A DNA stretch of 64,000 nt, taken from contig CM052816.1 of the NCBI GenBank assembly GCA_028534125.1, forward strand, positions 90,522,001 to 90,586,000. Reading direction: 5' to 3'. This document shows, piece by piece, positions 52,760 to 64,000 of this stretch. The position numbers and the translations under genes were made by a program. Source of the DNA: Lama glama (lineage: Eukaryota). Within the stretch, counting starts at the first letter, position 1. Each line of letters begins with the position of its first letter. The notes beneath the pieces were generated by a model. That model had not been told where the DNA came from. It saw only the letters and a list, made by a program, of their open reading frames with translations, and searched no databases.

Positions 52760-53060
52760 TGTGGGATGAATTACAGCCCTTAAAATTGCTATGTTGAAGT
52801 CCTAACCCCCAGCACCTCAGGATGTGACCACATCTGGAGATGAGGTGTTCACAGAGGTGAAGTTAAAATGACATTGTAAGTGTAGACCCTAATCCGATCT
52901 GGCTGGTGTTTTATAAGACCAGGAGAGTTATGCACACAGAGAAACGTCAGGGATACTCGCACACAGAGGACAGACCACGTGAGGACACACCAAAAAAGAG
53001 AGCGTCTGCAAGCCAAGGAGAGAGGCCTGAGAGGAACCAACCCTGATGAACTACAGCCCC
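52760..53060 (+). mobile_element. MaLR LTR fragment (MLT1A/B-like)
   Basis: tatgttgaagtcctaacccccagcacctcaggatgtgac...ctgcaagccaaggagagaggcct. Confidence 0.85.
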
Positions 53061-53714
53061 CAGAACCAATTTCCACTCGCTTGAGGACAATATTGCCCCC
53101 GCGGAGGATACATGCCTTAACCTACCCCATGGCAGGACTGTGGATTTTACCTCTATTTAAGCGCCTCTTCCGCCTCTTTTTCTCCATTTCTCTGTTGCTT
53201 CTGTAGTCCAAGCAGCCCTTCGTCTCAGTCTGGTGACTGCAAGAATTTCCTCATCAGGCTTCCTGAATCCATCCTGGACCCTCGTCTGTTCCCCACACTG
53301 AACCTAGAATGATCTTTTCTTTCCTTCCCATATGCACCCACCCCACCCCACCCCATTTACATTCTCCTGTGGTGTGAGGAACAGAGTCCTCGGCCTGGCC
53401 TGCAAAGTCCTGCTTGTACTGACCTCAGCTGTGTGTCCAGACTCATCTTTTCCTCCTTTGCTTTTTCTCTGTGAATTCCTACTACTATGCACTCACCTCA
53501 GCTCCTCAAGAATTCCTTGTTCCCTCTGCACACAGGTCCCTAAATCATGCTGTTCCCTCTGCCTACAACACTTATTCCTCTCCCCAGCCTCATCCTGGTT
53601 ATGGTCTTTCATGGAGCTTATGTTCCTTCATGGTACATAACTCAGATTTAATTATTCATTGTTGGAAGATTATGTTTAATTTTTACCTCTTCAACCACTA
53701 ACTTTTTCATCCCT

Positions 53715-54945
53715 CTCAATAATATTTATTGACTTTCTACTCTGTCCTAAGTTCTAGAGGTACAGCATTGAACAACAACAACAACAAAAAAAAGCTCAGC
53801 CTTATGGAGCTTATATTCTTGTGGCGGGAGACAGAATAAGCAAATTATTTAAGAAAAATGTATCATCCATGGATAATTAGCACTGTGGAGGAAAGAATTG
53901 GGGAATGGGGAAAAAGCAAGGTATGTTGGGGAGGGTGGGTAGATGGTGGGTTGAAATTTAAAACAGGATGGTCAAGGAGATCTCACTGAGAATGCGACAT
54001 CTGAGCAAAGTTGTGAGGGAGGTGAGGGGGTTTGGAGAACACCTGGGCAGAGGGACTATCACGCTTAAAGACCTGAAATCAACAGGGTGCCTGGGATGGT
54101 CCCACTGAAGGAACAGCCAAGAAGCCAGCCTGGTTGAGTGGAAGGAATGAAAGACAATAAAACTGGAGCTTCTGGAGGGAAGGGCAGAAGGGAGACCCTA
54201 GGAGAACCTATAGGCAAGGCCTGGTTCATGGGCATGTCACCCGGGCCGACACACAGGACACTACACTCAGAATAACCACAGACCTACTTTAATACTCTGA
54301 CTGTCTTGAAATTCCTAAACATTTTTGGACAAGGACTTGCAAATTACACAGCTGGTCTGCCTGTTGTAAATTACACAGCTGGTCTGCCTGTAGGATCTAG
54401 TGGGTTACCGTTCCCTCTGCCTGTCTAGTCTGGTTAAGACATTGTCGTTCCCTCTGGGTGACACCGAGAGTCAGCTGAAGGTTTTGAGCTGAAGAATGAC
54501 ATGGTCTCACTTACGTTTCACCAGGGCCATTCTGGCTGCTCTGGTGAGACAAGTGTCAGAGGGTTGAGACAAGAACAGAGCACTTGGTGAGAAGGTCCTC
54601 GCAATAATCTGAATAAGAGACTCAGGTGACCTGGGCCAGGGTGACAACAGTGGTTGGATCCTGGTTGTAGCAGATGTATAGACTCAAAAGAATTTTCTGA
54701 CATGTGGGATACTGAGTATGAGAAAAAGAAGTGAGTCAAGGATGAAATCACTGATTTGTTGTATCTGGAAGATAGAGTTACCATTAGCTGAGCCAAAGAA
54801 GCCTGAAGGAGCAAGACTGGGAGTAAAGATTAGAAGTTCACTTTGGGATATGTGGCCTTTGAGACACCTGTAAGATGTCCAAGTAGAAGGTTCAAGAGGA
54901 AAGTTGTATTTTGGAGTCCAGAGTTGAGGGGAAAGTTCTGGACTC
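53715..54945 (-). mobile_element. L2 (about 1.2 kb) with a small nested DNA-element remnant (about 54210-54360)
   Basis: caataatatttattgactttctactctgt...gccttatggagcttatattct...gagtcaaggatga...gttcactttgggatatgt. Confidence 0.8.
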
Positions 54946-55267
54946 TGTTTTCATGATCATTGTATTCCTAACATTTGCAGGAATATGATGCCTGGCAGAT
55001 AGTAATTGCTTCATAAATATTCAGTAAATCAATGAATGAAGCAATGAAGAACACCCTAGGAGAGCTGACATCAGTGGAATGTTATACATACAGAATGAAT
55101 AAAGATCAAACCAGAATTAATCTATAACATAGGATTTTTCTTTAAAAGAGAAACTGATCATAAAAATCAGGGTGCAGGAAAGATGATTTGCCTCCGTCTT
55201 GACTATTCACTTGTTTGGAGGGAAATGCACATCATATGCACAGTGCATCCATTCAATGAGTACGTAA

Positions 55268-55866
55268 GTTATCGAATTGGTCAACTGGACTTGGCCAGGA
55301 GTCCTAGCCCGGGCTGAGAACCCTTGTCTTGGCCAGGTTCTTTTTCCAACTAGATTCACGCAGACAATGATGAAACCAATGCTGAGGCTGGAACAGCATA
55401 GGCTTTATTCAACAACCAAAGAATGGAGAAGCTGGAATCTAGTTTGAAAATCAGCTTCTCAAACTAATTCAGGTGGAGACACTGAGTATTTAGTAAGGTT
55501 GAGGTAAAAGGGAGGGAATTGGGGTGTGAGAAGGAAATTCAGATTTATCCGAGAATGGGGGTCTGGTTTGGACCTGGAACTGAGGCAACACTTCCTTTCA
55601 GTCCTTGTATGGGCATTTCTAGTTGTTGTCATGGCAATTGTCAACTGTCATGGCACTGGTGGGTGTGTCTTTTGCATGCTAATGTAATGCAATGACTGTA
55701 CAATGATGCTCAAAGTCTCCTGGAAGTCAAATCTTCTGCCATCTTGGGCCTATTTGGTTCTAACTAGTTCTTGTTTTTTTAATCTTTGCAGCTTCTTCCT
55801 GAAACTTAGATAAGCGTAATTGGCTTCCATCCAAAGGAGGGGCAGGGGTATCATTCTGGGACAACA
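55268..55866 (-). mobile_element. Probable solo ERV LTR (family uncertain)
   Basis: Reverse AATAAA (ggctttattc, about 55404), gccatcttgg and gtctttgcatgctaat-type motifs, and an ...acaaca terminus. Confidence 0.55.
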
Positions 55867-57113
55867 GCCTTGGTGACACTTGTATACTAGGTACTGTGCT
55901 AAACACAACCTTTGATGCTCTCCACAAACCCCCAAGACAGGCACATTCTCTAGTTTTCAGATTAGTATATTGAGGCTCCAAGAAGTGAAATCTGTCCCCA
56001 GGTCGCAGAGCTAACTAAACAAAAGAGGTAGGATTCCAAGATCTTCACCTGCCATCCACAAAGGCAATTCATTCTCCCTCCTTGAATCATATCTTAGTTA
56101 TCTCATTTGAATATTCTCAGGAAAACCATCTTGAATTTTGATCTCCTCCAAAAATGATTCCCATACATTGCATGTGTGTTTTGTTTTTTTCCTACAAACT
56201 GGGCTATCTTGTCTGGGATAACTTGGGTCTCAATTCCATACTCATTGCCTTTGCATTTCCAAGGAAACATTAAGGTATGTCTTCCCATTATATTTTCTTT
56301 CACAATTTAAGTGGAATAGACAGGCTAGAGATTACAATCGCTGTTCTGTTTTGTTTTTTTGTTTGTTTGTTTTTGGAACAGAAGCCTCTGTTGTGGTTCA
56401 CTGAGTATATATCAAGAGCTGGTTACTTCCCGCTCTTTTTAAAAATATTCACAGCAAATTATTCTTCTTCCCTTTTATTTTCCTAATGAGGTAAGTGAAC
56501 CCCAGAGATGTTATGTAATTTATTTAAGGTCGAAGAATAATACACAAAAAATGATTCTAACCCAAGTCTCTTTGCAAATCTTTGAAAGTTACATGATCTC
56601 AGTGGATTCCCGAAGAAGGGCTATATGAAACGTCTCCCTTCCTCCATCTTCCATAAGAACTACTGAGTCAGAAGCACGGTTTGGTGCCTGGAACGTTTTT
56701 ATTTCAATATCCAAGAAAATTTTCCGTAGCCTAGTGGTATGAAATTTAGGAACCACCGCCCTGCATTCTGGAATAGAGCTTCTGGAGGTGAAACCTTAAA
56801 AATTCTCTTTTAATAAATAGTGTCCATCAAAGACCATTTCAAATTATCCTGAACATATCTGCTCTTAGCCTCCCAGTTATTCTTATAGGTAAATGGTGGG
56901 GCAGGGGAGGGGAGAAAAGTAAATTACAGGTAATTTCCAAGTAAAGAATATTATTCTTTCTGAACAAAGAACAAAGGAATATTAAGGGTTATGCAAAGCC
57001 AAAAAAAAGTACATTTAAAGTGTATTTAAGAAGTACATATTTAAGATGTATATAATTTTTATCATTTTGGCCCCTTGTACATATTTGCCCCAGTCAGTGT
57101 GAATTCAATGGCG

Positions 57114-57202
57114 GAAGGGAAGGAAGGAAGGAAGGAAAGAAGGAAGGAAGGAAGGAAAGAAGAGGAGAGGGAGGAAAAGAGGGAGGGAGAAAGGGAAGAA
57201 AG
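57114..57202. repeat. (GGAA)n polypurine tract
   Basis: ggaaggaaggaagg... run. Confidence 0.92.
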
Positions 57203-57414
57203 ACAGTGACATCATCACTTTAGAATTTAATTAGCTGACCAAAAAAAGTAGTAGAAAACTTGATGGGAAAGACAAAAATGCAGAGGAAACAGAATAAAGA
57301 AGAGAGGAAGTAAAAAATTATAATGAAGTTCTGACTAGCATCAGAAATGTAAGCAACTCTTTTTTTTTTGGTCTTCTAATTATGTTCTTTTTGGTTTTGT
57401 TGAGTTTTACTATT

Positions 57415-57429
57415 TGAGTGAGTGAGTGA

Positions 57430-57462
<33 letters not shown>
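57415..57462. repeat. Compound (GAGT)n(GT)n microsatellite
   Basis: tgagtgagtgagtgagtgagtgtgtgtg... Confidence 0.92.
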
Positions 57463-57465
<3 letters not shown>

Positions 57466-60400
57466 ATTTTATTTTGAACCGGTAGAATTTGCTCTGAATG
57501 TCAAGGCAATTTCAGCTCCTGCAAGAGACGGCAGTTGAATAGGTAGCAAGCAAAATACAGTCTCTATTATCCTCAGCTAAAAGAAAAAAGAAGAAGAAAA
57601 AGAACCCTCTGGGGAATTTGCATACTAGTCAGACTTTGGTGGCTGCTGTGGGTGGTTCCGGCTGAGAGGCTGCTCTATTCTTAGACGTCTGTGCTGAGGC
57701 AGGGAGATGGAAATTGTTCACTGCTGCCATTGGACCTTCTTCCAGTCAGTGCTTTTAATGGGGTTCACCTATCAGATCAAATTTCCCAAACCTGCGTAAA
57801 AGGCAGTTGTAATCAGACGTGTCACCCCCTCCTTCTCGTAGCAAATCTCCAAACAGGGCTGTTTCTGTCTGTAAAGGACCGAAATGGAGACTTTCCCTTC
57901 CATTAAGAAGATTGCTTTCTTTTTAGGGGCTCAGAGATTTTTTTTTTTCCCCACTTTTCTTCACCATTCTTGTTGTTAACAAAAGTGTGTCTTAAGTGAA
58001 TGTATTTACCTCCAGGTAAAAAAGGTGCCCTTTTCCTTTGAGTAACGTGATGGGCCTGACTTTCTGGCCATGTGGCTCTTAAATACAATCCAGTCGACAT
58101 CAGGGACTGATTTATTCAATTATAAAGCAAGAGTCTTCGGTGCCCTGATCCAACATATTTTCTACTTGAATAAACTCATAGCTTAAACAGCCAGAAGATA
58201 GTGAGGTTGCCAATAGCCTTTCTAGTGATTGAAACTCAGTCTTTAAGATACAGATATTTTTAAGGTCTCAGAATATTGAGGTTAAGTTTACAAAAACAAA
58301 TTTCATTTGAAATTTAAGCAGCCTTTCCTCACCCACATCTTCAGGGAAGCCTGCAGCCTGACGGGCTTCGCTTTTGTTACCTGAAATTCTGCCTCAAAAT
58401 TGGGGACATGCCTGTAAAGTCATAAGAAGATGAGAATTTCTCCAGACGGCACTTCTGAGACCCTTTCTCTCTAACGCTTTTAAATTCTGGGCATGCAAAA
58501 GCGGAAGCATATGTGAGGAGAGCAAACACAAACACTTTCTAAATGATTCTAAATTGGTGCTTATCGCTCCATCGTTCTGTCATCGACCGTTGAGGACATG
58601 GACCTGATCAGCAATTCTTTGAGAAAAAGAAAACCTGAGGGAGTTAAAACAAGTGGATACACTCTAGAAGACCAATTAATTTATAAATGAGTGATATTAA
58701 AAGTGAATTTTCCTAGACTCAGAGGGAAACTCGGGGGAAACATAAAACCATCTTCAAAGGAAACAAAATGGAGAACAAATGTGATATTTGGACCTTGGGA
58801 CAATATGAAGGTCAAGCGTACGTGAGATAGAGCTATATGACATTGCTATTTACTTTAATGTGTACATTTGTACTCAGTATTCTTTTTCAAGAGCATAGTT
58901 CTTTTTCAAACAGACATTCCCTCGAGGAATTTAAATATGTATCCAAGTGGAAGAATACAGCTTCACAAGGAAAAGTGCTCTTAATAAAAGGAAGGCTGAG
59001 AAAAACTGGGAGAAATGTACTAAACCAGTGGTTTCTGGACTTTTAGATTTTGTACACTAATAAAATCTCTGTTGTTAAAAAGGCATGAAGCATATAGGCT
59101 CATGAAAAGAAATCTTTTTTTTTTAATCAAAGAGATATACCTTTCTGAAAAAACTCTCTGTATTACTCTTTTCACTTTTCCATGAGCAGAAAGGGTTAAA
59201 AAAAAAAAAGAAAAAATTGCAACATCCGGCTCAAATGGCCGTCCCTGAGCTAAACGATTAAAGATGGACTACTTGGCTGACCAAAAACAGTATCAATTAT
59301 AAATGAAACAAATTTTGCTTCCTTTTATAAAGATGCATATAATAGCTCATCTGGTTAATCCCACAAATATTAGTGGCACTGCTATTTGGTATATTCTTAA
59401 AATTATCTTCCAATCATCCAATTTCCATACTTGTGCAAATTAGTTAAAAATAAAGATCAAAATAACTGCGCCCGTTACTCTGGAAAAGCAAAATAGAAGT
59501 CAAGATTGAAGATTAACCTCATCACTCTTGAGACAGGACATTGGATAACAACAAAATAGTAAAGTTCCTAAATAGATTTTTTTTTCCGTAAGTGAAACTG
59601 GACTGAAATTTGCTGTATGTCTAAGCCTTATATCTGTAAAGGAACAAAAAAAGATGGGTGTCCCAAAGCAGCTCCGGCAGTGAATGTTAATTGCTATGTT
59701 GAATGTTTCAATGCAGATAATGTGTTTCAATATACCATAGTATTTCATTTCATGAAAATTAAGATTTTGGGATACTTTATCGGAAAAACTGTATAACTTC
59801 TGGCACCTAATAATTTCCCCAACTTTGGCAGCTAAAGAATGTCTACATCTTCTCAGCACTAGACGGCTGACAACCAATTCCCTAATGTACATTGGACCTG
59901 GGTCTTGACTGCACCAAATGAAAGAAGACTCTTCAAGAATGGCCAAGTGGCGTTCCTGGATCATGGCCATGTGTGGCCTCTGCCTCAGTGGCCAGGGACA
60001 GGTTGAAGATGGGCTGTTCTTAGGGCTGAGGCCAGGTATGGTCACCATGGGATGTCTGTCACCCCCTCAGCTCTTGGGGACTTGCGTCTATCCCCATAAT
60101 ACAGAGGCAGTGTCAGCTACTGGACAGGACATTCAAGGTAGACAGACAGCGCTGGTCACCATCGACAAGTTCATTTCAATTTCTGTCAGTTTCCTCCTTG
60201 CCGTCTGCACACAGACACTCCATAAGTGTTAGACCCTGGAATCCTTTCTTCTTTGTAAAGGAGATGTTGAACACGCCTGAGTGTGGTGAGTACCCAAACA
60301 ACTTGCCTGCTGAGCACAAGTCTGTGTGTTACCTTCCCTTCAAGATCCTTCTTGAGGAGGGAGCAATCTAGGTTAATCCAAAATTAAAATGGATGCCAAC

Positions 60401-60548
60401 ATTGTTCCTTCCTGGCTGAGCCAGTCACTCCCACATAGAAGACACTTGCTGCTGATTACACAATTTCAAAGGAAGTTTTTCTTAGTGTGGTAAAATTAAG
60501 TATTACGAGCCACAGTTAGGTTAAAATTCTGATTTAAATATTTTGGGT

Positions 60549-60702
60549 GAGGAGCCTGGTATAGCTCAGGGATAGAGCACATGCTTAGCATGCACAAGGT
60601 CCTGGGTTCAATCCCCAGTACCTCCATTAAAATAAATAAATAAATAAACTTAATTACCCCCCTCAAAACAAATCTAAGGAAAAATGTTTCAAATAAATAA
60701 AT
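60549..60702 (+). mobile_element. tRNA-Ala-derived SINE (camelid Vic-1 type)
   Basis: ggtatagctcagggatagagcacatgcttagcatgcacaaggtcctgggttcaatccccagtacctcc plus a (TAAA)n tail, with an imperfect TSD atattttggg / atatttgggg. Confidence 0.88.
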
Positions 60703-62589
60703 ACATATTTGGGGGATCACATTTCCGATACTTTTAAGTTGCTTGAACACCTACTAGAGTTAGAAAAGAGAAAAATAGCTCAGATTTTAATTCTCCCAGG
60801 CAACAAATTTAAATGTAAATAAATGAAGAAAAACGTCCTCTTAGTTTCACTTAGCCCTAAATGGCAAATTTATAATGATTAACGCTACATACACCAGGAG
60901 GACGATTTGAGTATTCTAATTACCAAAAAGCCTAGTGAAATATTTTTTTATTAAAAGAAGGGGATGAACAGTGAATTTATAACATATTGCTTCCATCAAG
61001 CACATCTATCTGCAAGAAAAGCATGGTATTTAATATTAGTAACCATTTAAATGCCCTCCATGGTTCAGAGAATCTGTTCTTTCCCCACCACCGCTACCAA
61101 CCCACCCCCAGAGCTATTTTATATAAGCTAGGACACACCCACAATAATTTGGACATTCCTCTGCTGTTTTTCCTTACCTAAAACAGTTGCTTGGTGGTTA
61201 ATGTGTTTACATATTTCTTGTTTGTTGTGCTTCCAAGCATTAATTTCACATTTATTTCACTATAGAAACAAGAACCAAAAGTGCCTAAAGTTGAACATAG
61301 ATATGAATTAACCCCAACAAGTCTATTTGCCTAATATTCAGTTTCACCGTTTTCTTCTCCCATTTCATCCACTGGCGACATCTTAGGTATGGTCCAGACT
61401 AGGCTACTGAGAAGATAATTGGAGGACTTTTTCTCCTTTTTTATTTCATAACCCATTTGATCCGAATAGGGTTCATCCTCATCCACCATATCGCTCATGT
61501 CCCTTTGGGAATTAATTCATGTATACTAGCCCTTCACAAATTCTGCAGAAAATTTTCTAGGTTAATTACCATCCAATCCAACCCCCCTATCCCTGCAAAA
61601 AAAAAAAAAAACTTCCACTTAACTGATAGAATCATGAGGAATTTTGGGGTGGCTAGGGTTCAATTCTTTTTTAAGTAGTTTATATTGGAGATTTGGTGGC
61701 TAATATCCAATTGGAAAAGACCCAAATCAACATCAAGAGATTTGAAGCAACTCATCTTACATTACTGAACTGATGCTCATGGCTGGCTGCTCCGAAAGCC
61801 GCTCCTGACCCCCAACCTCCAACCCCCTCCCCATCTACGGAACTTGAGCGAACGGAGGAGCACTGTTTCAGCTCTGGGGGAGATTTCAAGGGATGAGGTG
61901 ACATCACAGCTGTTGCTATATACCTATCCATCCTATAAATCCGTCATCAGGCACGTACACAAACTATTAAATATTTCAGAAGGGGCTTTGCCCTAACCCT
62001 CTTGTAAGTAGAGCAGGGAAGCCCGGCAGTTTAAATGTAGCTTAAAAGCCATACAAGTCGTTCATGCTAAACCTGAACAGGATTAGTCACTGCCCTCCAG
62101 CGTACTGCTCAACACTCAGGGCCCCTTGCCTGGCTCTCTCACAACAATGATAAATAAACAGATAAAACAAAACTATCTTCAGTGGTTTCACAACTGACAT
62201 ACGTGGCATGTTTCTTTTAAGATCTTGGAATTCTCTCCTCTCCAGCCCTTCGTGATCAACTCTGTTTATTGTTTGTCTTCTAATGTATTTTATTCAAAAT
62301 ATTTGTGACTTTTAATTAAATTCATCACAACCTCATTTTTATGGGGTATATCATACATAGTAAGTTTTTAGTTTCGATTCTTCTAAGATTTACTGACACC
62401 GATGAGCTAATTTTTGAAACAGATAAGGTCGAGGCTCCTGCGTTATATGTCTGTCCAAATATATTCATGAAAACGCCCAATACATAAGGTCTGTCTGTCA
62501 GTAATTACTGGGGAGGTGGGGGCGCGGGGCAGGGTGGTGGTGGTAAAAGAAAACCAGGAGTCTTCGTGACTTCATTTTAATTGTTTAAC

Positions 62590-62595
62590 TTTATT
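62590..62595 (-). terminator. BASP1 polyadenylation signal AATAAA
   Basis: The minus strand reads GCAACAGT-AATAAA-GTTAAACAATTAAAA, followed by a U-rich element (GGTTTTCTTTT, about 62557-62545). Confidence 0.8.
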
Positions 62596-63367
62596 ACTGT
62601 TGCACCATTTATACAATTACATATAATTTCAATGCATCCATTGTACTTTTTTTTTGTTTTTTTATTTTTATTTTTATTTTTTTTCCATTTTCCAATGAGT
62701 GGTGTGTTGGTGTCTGTGACACGGAATGGAAGAGAAACTGGAACTGCAATGAACGCAGACTTTTTTTTTTTTTTTTCATTTCCACTGACCAATAAACAGA
62801 ACTACAGGTGCACCCAACCACGGACATGCATTAACTCGTCATGAGAAAATCTAGGGAGGCTAAGTAGGATGAGAGAATGTTTGTTACTCCCAAAAATACC
62901 TGGGGAGGAAGAATGGAGTCTTGGCCTTGAGATACATATGGACAGGCTAAGTGGGCTGTCTGAAAGTTGGCATTCATTCACGACATTAAAAAAATACCAA
63001 ACTAAGAAAGGCTGTAAATTAAAAAGAAAACACAGAAAATACTGCTCTCATAAAGATCTGATTGCCTTGGCACAGGCCCTGCGGGCAGAATCGAACACTC
63101 CGACTCCCCTTGCAGAAGGCAGGATGTTGGGATCTGAGTGGCAGAGTGCATGGAACAGCGGTTCAGGTACAAAAGGTGTACTTTACTTTCAGACATTGAG
63201 CTTGAAAATCCAGAACTGACTGGCAGAGTTGACTGAAGGTATATTAGATATTTCCCCACAAAAATACTATTTGGATTCTCCCCACCCCCTCCCTCCCTCG
63301 ATGGGACATCATCCTTTTTCTTGGGCAATACATCTCATTACTTCCAATTTGAAACAAGTTAGTATAG

Positions 63368-63404
63368 GAGAGAGAGAGACAGAGAGAGAGAGAGACAGAG
63401 AGAC
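63368..63404. repeat. Imperfect (GA)n/(TC)n microsatellite in the BASP1 3'UTR
   Basis: gagagagagagacagagagagagagagacagagagac. Confidence 0.9.
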
Positions 63405-63449
63405 AGGTTGCTGTTAGACGGTATTCTTTTTTCCCATAGGCTGTCCGTG

Positions 63450-64000
63450 TTACTCTTTGACTGCTACGGTTTGATCCGAATTAGCTGCCGGCGCCTCGGC
63501 CGGTTTGACCTCGTCTGCGGGGGCCTGGGCCTTGGGCGTGGAACTGGGTGCTTCCGTGGCTGCGGGGGTCTCCTTGGAGGATGGGGCAGCCTCAGTGCTG
63601 CTGGGTTTTGAGTCTGAAGCTGGGGCCCCGTCACTTTTCGTCTCCTGCGCGGCAGGAGCGGCGGGAGCCTCAGTCTTTGTGGGTTCCCCTCCCTCCTTGC
63701 CCTTGTCATCCTTGGCGGGGGCGGCGGGCTCCTCGGCCTCCGAAGCCTTGGGGGCGTCGCCGCCCGCAGCGGGGCCCGAGGCGGCCGCCGGCTCCTGCTC
63801 GGCATCCTTCGGGGGCTCCGGCTTCCCCTCGCCTCCCTCCGTCTGCTCGGGCTCTGCCTTCGGGGCGTCTTCCTTGGCTGCCTCTGTGTCTTTCTCGCCT
63901 TCTTTGTCTTCGGGCTTGGAGGCCGCGTCCTGGGCGTCCTTCTCGGGCTTCTCGTCCTTGCCCTCCTTCACCTCCGGGGTCTCCGCCGCCGCCTGGGTCT
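63450..64000 (-). CDS. BASP1: Brain acid-soluble protein 1 (BASP1/NAP-22/CAP-23), C-terminal ~183 codons; the N-terminus lies beyond the window end
   Basis: The open frame reads TQAAAETPEVKEGKDEKPEKDAQ...TEAPAAPAAQETKSDGAPASDSKPSSTEAAPSSKETPAATEAPSSTPKAQ...PAANSDQTVAVKE* (TAA at 63452-63450), matching the known BASP1 C-terminus. The ORF-track start at 63971 is an internal GTG (Val), and the frame stays open to 64000. Confidence 0.98.
   Translation of the reverse strand, partial: TQAAAETPEVKEGKDEKPEKDAQDAASKPEDKEGEKDTEAAKEDAPKAEPEQTEGGEGKPEPPKDAEQEPAAASGPAAGGDAPKASEAEEPAAPAKDDKGKEGGEPTKTEAPAAPAAQETKSDGAPASDSKPSSTEAAPSSKETPAATEAPSSTPKAQAPADEVKPAEAPAANSDQTVAVKE
63480..64000. promoter_or_regulatory. 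CpG-island-like segment over the BASP1 coding exon
   Basis: GC and CpG density rise abruptly compared with the CpG-depleted rest of the window. Confidence 0.8.

Larger units (their letters stand above)
62575..63449 (-). other. BASP1: BASP1 3'UTR (about 0.87 kb)
   Basis: Sequence free of interspersed repeats between the stop codon and the poly(A) signal. The 3' end is estimated from the signal position. Confidence 0.85.

Noticed and set aside
59500..60048. 182-aa ORF on the minus strand
   Set aside because: No recognisable domain, composition typical of non-coding DNA, and no exon context.
63464..63805. 113-aa Arg/Pro-rich alternative-frame ORF, and the antisense ORF 63408-63611, overlapping BASP1
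   Set aside because: These are expected by-products of a GC-rich, low-complexity coding exon with few out-of-frame stops. There is no independent support.
1..64000. CRISPR arrays, operons or other prokaryotic systems
   Set aside because: The sequence is mammalian, with no regularly spaced repeat-spacer pattern or dense coding regions.

Overview
Mammalian genomic DNA, not prokaryotic. The tRNA-Ala-derived SINEs and the artiodactyl-type BASP1 protein suggest a camelid. The only real gene is the 3' part of BASP1 on the minus strand: partial CDS 63450-64000, with the 3'UTR running to a poly(A) signal near 62590. The other ~62 kb is downstream intergenic DNA dominated by interspersed repeats (L2, MIR, L1, MaLR/ERVL LTRs, hAT elements, two SINEs), with a 500-N assembly gap. 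The short predicted ORFs are noise except a decayed retroviral gag. The most unusual object is a 1.4-kb ERV1-class element (46192-47617). It has LTR U3 sequence at both ends in inverted orientation, a near-perfect 4-bp TSD, a perfect tRNA-His PBS and up to four GACG-loop hairpins before gag. Also notable are a twin-primed L1 inversion (7833-8432) and a 62-bp internal L1 ORF2 patch with no tail or TSD (22269-22330). Repeat family names were assigned by eye from remembered consensus motifs and most boundaries are approximate; no database search was run.
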